Assembly (NCBI GenBank): GCA_964016885.1
Contig: OZ024741.1
Location: forward strand, 291,276,001 to 291,340,000
Reading direction: 5' to 3'
DNA: 64,000 bases
Origin: Eledone cirrhosa
Taxonomy: Eukaryota
The position numbers and the translations under genes are program-made. This document shows, one piece after another, positions 58,331-64,000 of this stretch; position 1 is the first letter of the stretch; every line of letters begins with the position of its first letter. Under the pieces are notes generated by a model. The model saw only the letters and a program-made list of their open reading frames with translations, did not search any database and was not told the origin of the DNA.

Positions 58331-58513
58331 TTTCTACTTTAGGCACAAGGCCAGCAATTAACCAGTACATTACTGGTACTTTATTTTATCGACACCGTAA
58401 GGATGAAAGGCAAAGTTAACCTCGGCGGGATTTGAACTCAGATTGTAAAGGGACGTAACTATGCTAGAAAGCATGGCGTCCGACCCTCTACCGATACTGC
58501 CAATCCACCGCCC
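58325..58513 (-). mobile_element. Main tRNA-derived SINE, full length
   Basis: Core sequence match through actgccaatccaccgcc. Confidence 0.87.
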
Positions 58514-58577
58514 ATATATATATATATATATAATAAAATGTGGAGAGGAAGCACACGAGTTAGGAAATATATATATA

Positions 58578-58950
<373 letters not shown>

Positions 58951-59261
58951 TAAATACATATATATACATATATATATATACATACATATATATATATACA
59001 GACATACATACATAGATACATATATATATATATACATACATACATATATATATATTCATACGTACATACATACATATATATATATACTTACATACATACA
59101 ATATACATACATACATATATATATATACATACATATATACATACATACATACATATATATATATACATACCTACATACATACATATACATTCATACATAC
59201 ATATACATACATACATACATACATACATACATACATACATACATACATACATACATACATA

Positions 59262-59862
59262 CATGGTGGCTGCCAACTCGTTTTCGAGTACGGCCACTAC
59301 TTTATATCCATGTAGAACTCCTACCGATGCGCTGAACGAGTGTGACTTTTTAGTCCAGCCAGCGACTTGTAAGCTCTGGTACAAACACTACACTTGTGAC
59401 AATTATTTAAACATAGTGCTGGGCCCATGGTACCATGTGACGACAAGTGCAGAGAGATCTCCAGATATAAAGCAATGTCTGTGCCGTGAAGCTTTTATAG
59501 TGAGCAAAGGCACTGCACAAAGCCAGTCCCACTCTCTTAACCAAGATGATATTTACCAAAAAGAAGAACAAGTCAACATCATTGGATACCATCAGAGTTG
59601 CAGGTGTTATATCAGAGTTTTCCTTCTCCTAGAATTCTGCCTTGACAAAGGCTAAGGGGTCATCTCTCCCGGTGATTTTGGATGGCCATTGACTCTTAAG
59701 AGCTCCTTTGACAGGTTTTGTTTTTAGTCCTGCAGGATGTCCAAAGTCACCCTCCTCACCAAGAAACCTTGGTGGGGTTGCCAGTTTAGTCGCCAACGAC
59801 CCGACCATGAGACAGGTTGTACTGGGATACATGTTACCAGTAGCACCAACTGGTGACCTGAC
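59262..59862 (-). mobile_element. Bipartite RTE-derived element, apparently full length
   Basis: Near identical to 45144-45755 with the same ends; (CATA)n on both sides. Confidence 0.8.
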
Positions 59863-59956
59863 ATTATACATACATACATACATACATACATACATACATA
59901 CATACATACATACATACATACATACATACATACATACATACATACATACATACATC

Positions 59957-61410
59957 GGAATTCTCTGCGCAAAACAAAACAGTGCTTTAAAATGTGTTTG
60001 CTGTGCCTGTCCTAACACCAACGTTTGGAATACTCAATTAGACGATAGAGGAAATCCGAGCAGTTAATGTTGGAACTCGAAAAATACTAAACAACACCGG
60101 AAACTTCCACGTCAACAGTGACATAAACCGCCTTTACTTGAAACGTAAGCAGGGAGGCAGAGGCCTAACATCAGTCCAGACAACATTTGAATGTCGCATC
60201 ATATCTCTGCGACAACATATACGAACCTCGAAGCGTAGGAGCCCGTTTCTCGAGCAAGTCTATCTGCATGAAACAGATAACATCATGAGAGCTGGGAAGG
60301 AACTCCTCGAGAGATACTCCCTGTGTGATAATCAAAAACTCACACCCAGGGATGTCGCTCAGCAGCATAGCAGTAAATCCATGGATGAAAAACTGCATGG
60401 ATATGTTGCTAGGAAGCTCCAGAATGAGAGTAATATAGATAAGGAAAGTAGTCTATCTTGGACCAACAACCGCTATATTGGCTCCCACTTTGAAGGATAC
60501 GCGTTTGCAATCCAGGAACAGGAGATTAGCACAAAATACCTGATTCACAAAAGAGATAAAAATGCAGGCAAAACACTTGATGTGATAACAAGTGCAGACT
60601 CTGCAGAACTAACATCGAGGATATCACCCATGTCATCAGCAGCTGTCCAAAGATGACATCGCTGTACTATCTACATTTGAGGCATGATGTAGTGGCCAAA
60701 ACACTGTACAATGCAGTTCGTAAAAAAGATAGCCCCGATAATAAACATATTAAAAGCTACAGCAATGTGGAAGACATCTATGTACATAATGTGAAAGAAT
60801 ACTGGTGGAATGTTCCAGTAAAAACCCCAACAAAATGCAGGCATAACAGAGCAGATATTATGATATGGGACAGGGAGAAGAAAGCATGCACAGTAGTGGA
60901 AATTAGCTGATCAGCAGATGCCAATATAATATCAAAGATTAGCGAAAAGGAGAATATTTATGCAGAACTGATCAGAAATCTGAAGATACTCCACCCTGAT
61001 TACACCTTCAGATTTATGCCTATGATTATTGGTGTACTGGGGTATGTTAGTAACTGCCTCAATACAAATCTTGAGTAGCTAGGCTTCACAGGAGCAGAAA
61101 GAACGCAACTAGTTAGGAAATTACAAGTACAATCCATTAATACAACAGTAAAAATATGAAAAACATTCCAAACATTTTTCATCTAATAACTGCATATACA
61201 CATGTGCAGATACAAAGCATATACACATGCACACATACAACTCAAAACATACACATCCACACATACAATAACATCCATATCTACACATGCATGCATACAT
61301 AATCTACCTAGTTTATGTTGTGTAAATTCCAATGAGAGAGTCTTGTGTCTATGTTAGAAACCGACTCTCTCTCGATTGGGAACAAATTTGTGAAATTATA
61401 AAACCAGAAG
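59957..61410 (+). mobile_element. R4/Dong-clade RLE non-LTR retrotransposon, 5'-truncated and decayed
   Basis: NK...FAVPVLTPTFGI...TRKIL...RLYLKRKQGGRGL; AIQEQEISTK; CRLC..NIEDITHVISSC (CCHC); RHDVV; WWNVPV...HNRADIMIWD...VVEIS (RLE); stops and frameshifts; 3'UTR to ~61410. Confidence 0.87.
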
Positions 61411-61841
61411 AATATATATACATAATGTGTGTTTAGTAACTAAAAACATATGTACTGGTGTCAATATGATCGACTATATCCCTTTAAGGCGGTGACACAT
61501 CAGTCGCTGTACCATGACAGAACTTAGTAGAAGAATGCCAAAAAATCTGCTATATTTTGGGGATTTTTTTACCAAAATATGAAATAATATATTCTACTCT
61601 GTGTACATATGAGAATTTGAATCTCCGCCATGAGCCAGCAATAGCTAAATTAGTATGATAGTGTTTTAATTGTATCCACGTTGAATGTTATATATAATTG
61701 TTTCGTATCTCAGATATATTTAATTTTTTTCCCTAAGAATTGAAATGAAAAATGTAAATACTTTTGTATAATTTCGTAATAGTGATAGAAAAACTTCTAC
61801 TATATATGTGTTATATCAGTTAAATTTAAAGTACGTATAAA

Positions 61842-62189
61842 TAATTGTTTCTACTTTTGGCACAGGGCCAGCAAATACCCAGTACATTACTGGTACTTTA
61901 TTTTATCGACCCCGTAAGGATGAAAGGCAAAGTTAACCTCGACGGGTATGTATAAAGTATGTATAAATAATGTCAGTTAGATTTCAAGTATGTATAAATA
62001 ATTGTTTCTACTATTGGCACAAGGTCAGCAATCACTCAGTGCATTACTGGTACTTTATTTTATCGACCCCGTAAGGATGAAAGGCAAATTAACCTCTGCA
62101 GGATTTGAACTCACACCGTAAAGGGACGTAATTCTATGCTGTAAAGTATGGCGTCCGACTCTCTACCGAAACTGCCAATCCACCGCCCA
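61842..62189 (-). mobile_element. Two tandem main-family SINE copies (61842-61947 truncated; 61998-62189 full)
   Basis: Core sequence match; the flank aagtatgtataaataat is duplicated. Confidence 0.85.
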
Positions 62190-62869
62190 ATGTCGTTTCT
62201 TGTTTTAAAACGCTAATGAGGGAGGAAGAGTCTCTAGTGAGTGAGGAGGAGATTCTAGGGATGAAGGGGGAGATGCTAGAGAGGGCATGGCGAGGGAGAC
62301 GCTGTAATAGGCGTGACACTAGAGAGGGAGGAGGAGGTGATTGACATAGAGCACTACGCTTCTTACTTACCACGTCTATCTATGACGAGTTTCGAACGCT
62401 CTACCGATCCTGGACGGTTTTTCCGCCGCCCAAAATGATACGCACTCTTGTATAACATGATATCACGTTGGTCTATACTGACTGCTTCAGGAATTTTGGT
62501 CACTGACCATCACACTGAAGCTCCATTTATGGCCGGTTTATGGAAACATGTCATCGCCAATTGAACCGCATCCCTTTCTGTAAGAAATCTCGAGGCAGCA
62601 ACACCGCTCGGGCTGGGTCTCCGTTCTCTGCAACCTTCGGCATTTTAACGACATTGTTTTCAAGCAACTGAGAAATATAACTCTGTGAGGGTGTCAACAC
62701 GCCAACTGCCGCTAGACTGAAACAATGCCCTGACCCGTCTTCTGTCGCATTTTACTTTCGGACACACCTGTCCCAACAGACCGTGTCCCAACAGACCGTG
62801 TACTTTACCATACACACCTCACCCATTCATTTTTTTTCAATTTTTCTTCTTTCCACAATTACCATCCTT

Positions 62870-63280
62870 ATTGACAACACACTCCTCACCTCTACCATTT
62901 CCTTCTTCCTCAAGTTTCACAAAACCAACACCCCTGTTCGCTAAATCAAAATAGCTTGCAATCGCCACACCGATCTCAATTCTAAATACTTCGACACAAT
63001 AATGTAACCATTACTCCCTGTACTCTCCTACACACTGAAGATAATAACTACATATTCCAACTTTACGATTCACCCTACTCTCTCCTGGTTCTTCTTGCTT
63101 GCTATTCACCTGCCTCTAAACCGTTAACTATCAAGATGAAGGTCTACAGGTTCTCAAACACCCTGCCAGTGTACATCTACACTCCAACATATACCTTCGA
63201 CTCTCATCCGTCTTTTTTATATTCTTTTTCACCTTTTCCGGGGATTTTTATCAGCTGGTATCTATAGGAACTACAATGCG
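62870..63280 (+). mobile_element. Highly degraded Penelope-like RT fragment
   Basis: FFLKFHKTNTPVR resembles the PLE LPKIHKxxxPxRPI motif, and FTFSGDFYQL resembles FxFxGxFYQQ. Confidence 0.5.
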
Positions 63281-63389
63281 CTCGAACAATGTTTTTGTTA
63301 GCTACTTTGAGGCCCAAATCCTCTCCCAATACACTGGATGCATCCAAGAGCCAAAGTAATAATGATGGCTACATTAGCATCACCCCCTC

Positions 63390-63522
<133 letters not shown>

Positions 63523-64000
63523 ACGGAAAATAACGAAAAAAACAAGTCCCTTCTCAACAGTCATCCTCAGTGCATTAGGTTTGATACTCTTCATTCCAGA
63601 GCGCATTGTGACTCCATTGTGGCTCCCAAAATAAAACAAGGAGATACAGGGCAAGCTGTGCCTTTCGGCGAGTTAAACAATTGTTTGCGTCCTAATATGT
63701 ACTTGAATGAAAAGTATCGAACTTAATGCTCTGAAACTATACTGATTTCGAGCGGTTGAATGATGAGAAGAGACGGTTCGCCTCCCTTTTTGTGTTCATA
63801 TTTAACACTCCGTATGATATCTATCTTCATTTCACACTCCTCCTTTCTTCTGTACCTGACATTTTTCTTTATCTTCAGACGTATAACTAGTCCCAAAACA
63901 TTTTATTTTCAAATTTTTGAAAAAATGATTTTCTCCTAACTATTTTTCTCGTTTTGATTTCTATTTCTTTCTTTTCAATTGAAGAACATTAGACTTAACA

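Noticed and set aside
59263-59655. Recurrent ORF ...[24 protein letters not shown]... (also 44808, 45301) as a small gene family
   Set aside because: It is antisense to the RTE-derived element, whose zinc finger and tail are on the minus strand; its recurrence reflects repeat copies.
63540-63700. Possible host exon
   Set aside because: Complex sequence but no recognisable motif, and the ORFs run into microsatellite; cannot be supported without RNA or homology data.

Overview
AT-rich, microsatellite-saturated eukaryotic DNA. The SINE/LINE mix and the (TA)n/(CA)n/(GA)n density suggest an Octopus-like cephalopod, which is an inference. I see no convincing host gene, and almost all listed ORFs are translations of microsatellites. 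The window is a mosaic of transposon relics: a Tx1-type LINE 3' half with a zf-RVT ORF plus a second 3'UTR-only copy, R4/Dong-type RLE LINE pieces, RTE fragments and short RT-less 'bipartite' RTE derivatives, a Vingi-like 3' end, about 20 copies of one tRNA-derived SINE with strong strand bias, non-autonomous Helitrons and a hAT-like MITE. The most striking signal is at least 6-7 unrelated families of short (130-750 bp) Penelope-like (PLE) modules. Almost all sit in (TA)n, are built as an inverted repeat plus a unique tail, and carry type I hammerhead ribozyme cores, several fully base-paired. Most tails share an 11-nt motif (YATYGAGYRCTC-like) about 25-60 nt from the 3' end. A 435-bp palindrome with two convergent tRNA-like heads is also unexplained. 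Coordinates were read by eye and may be off by a few bases.
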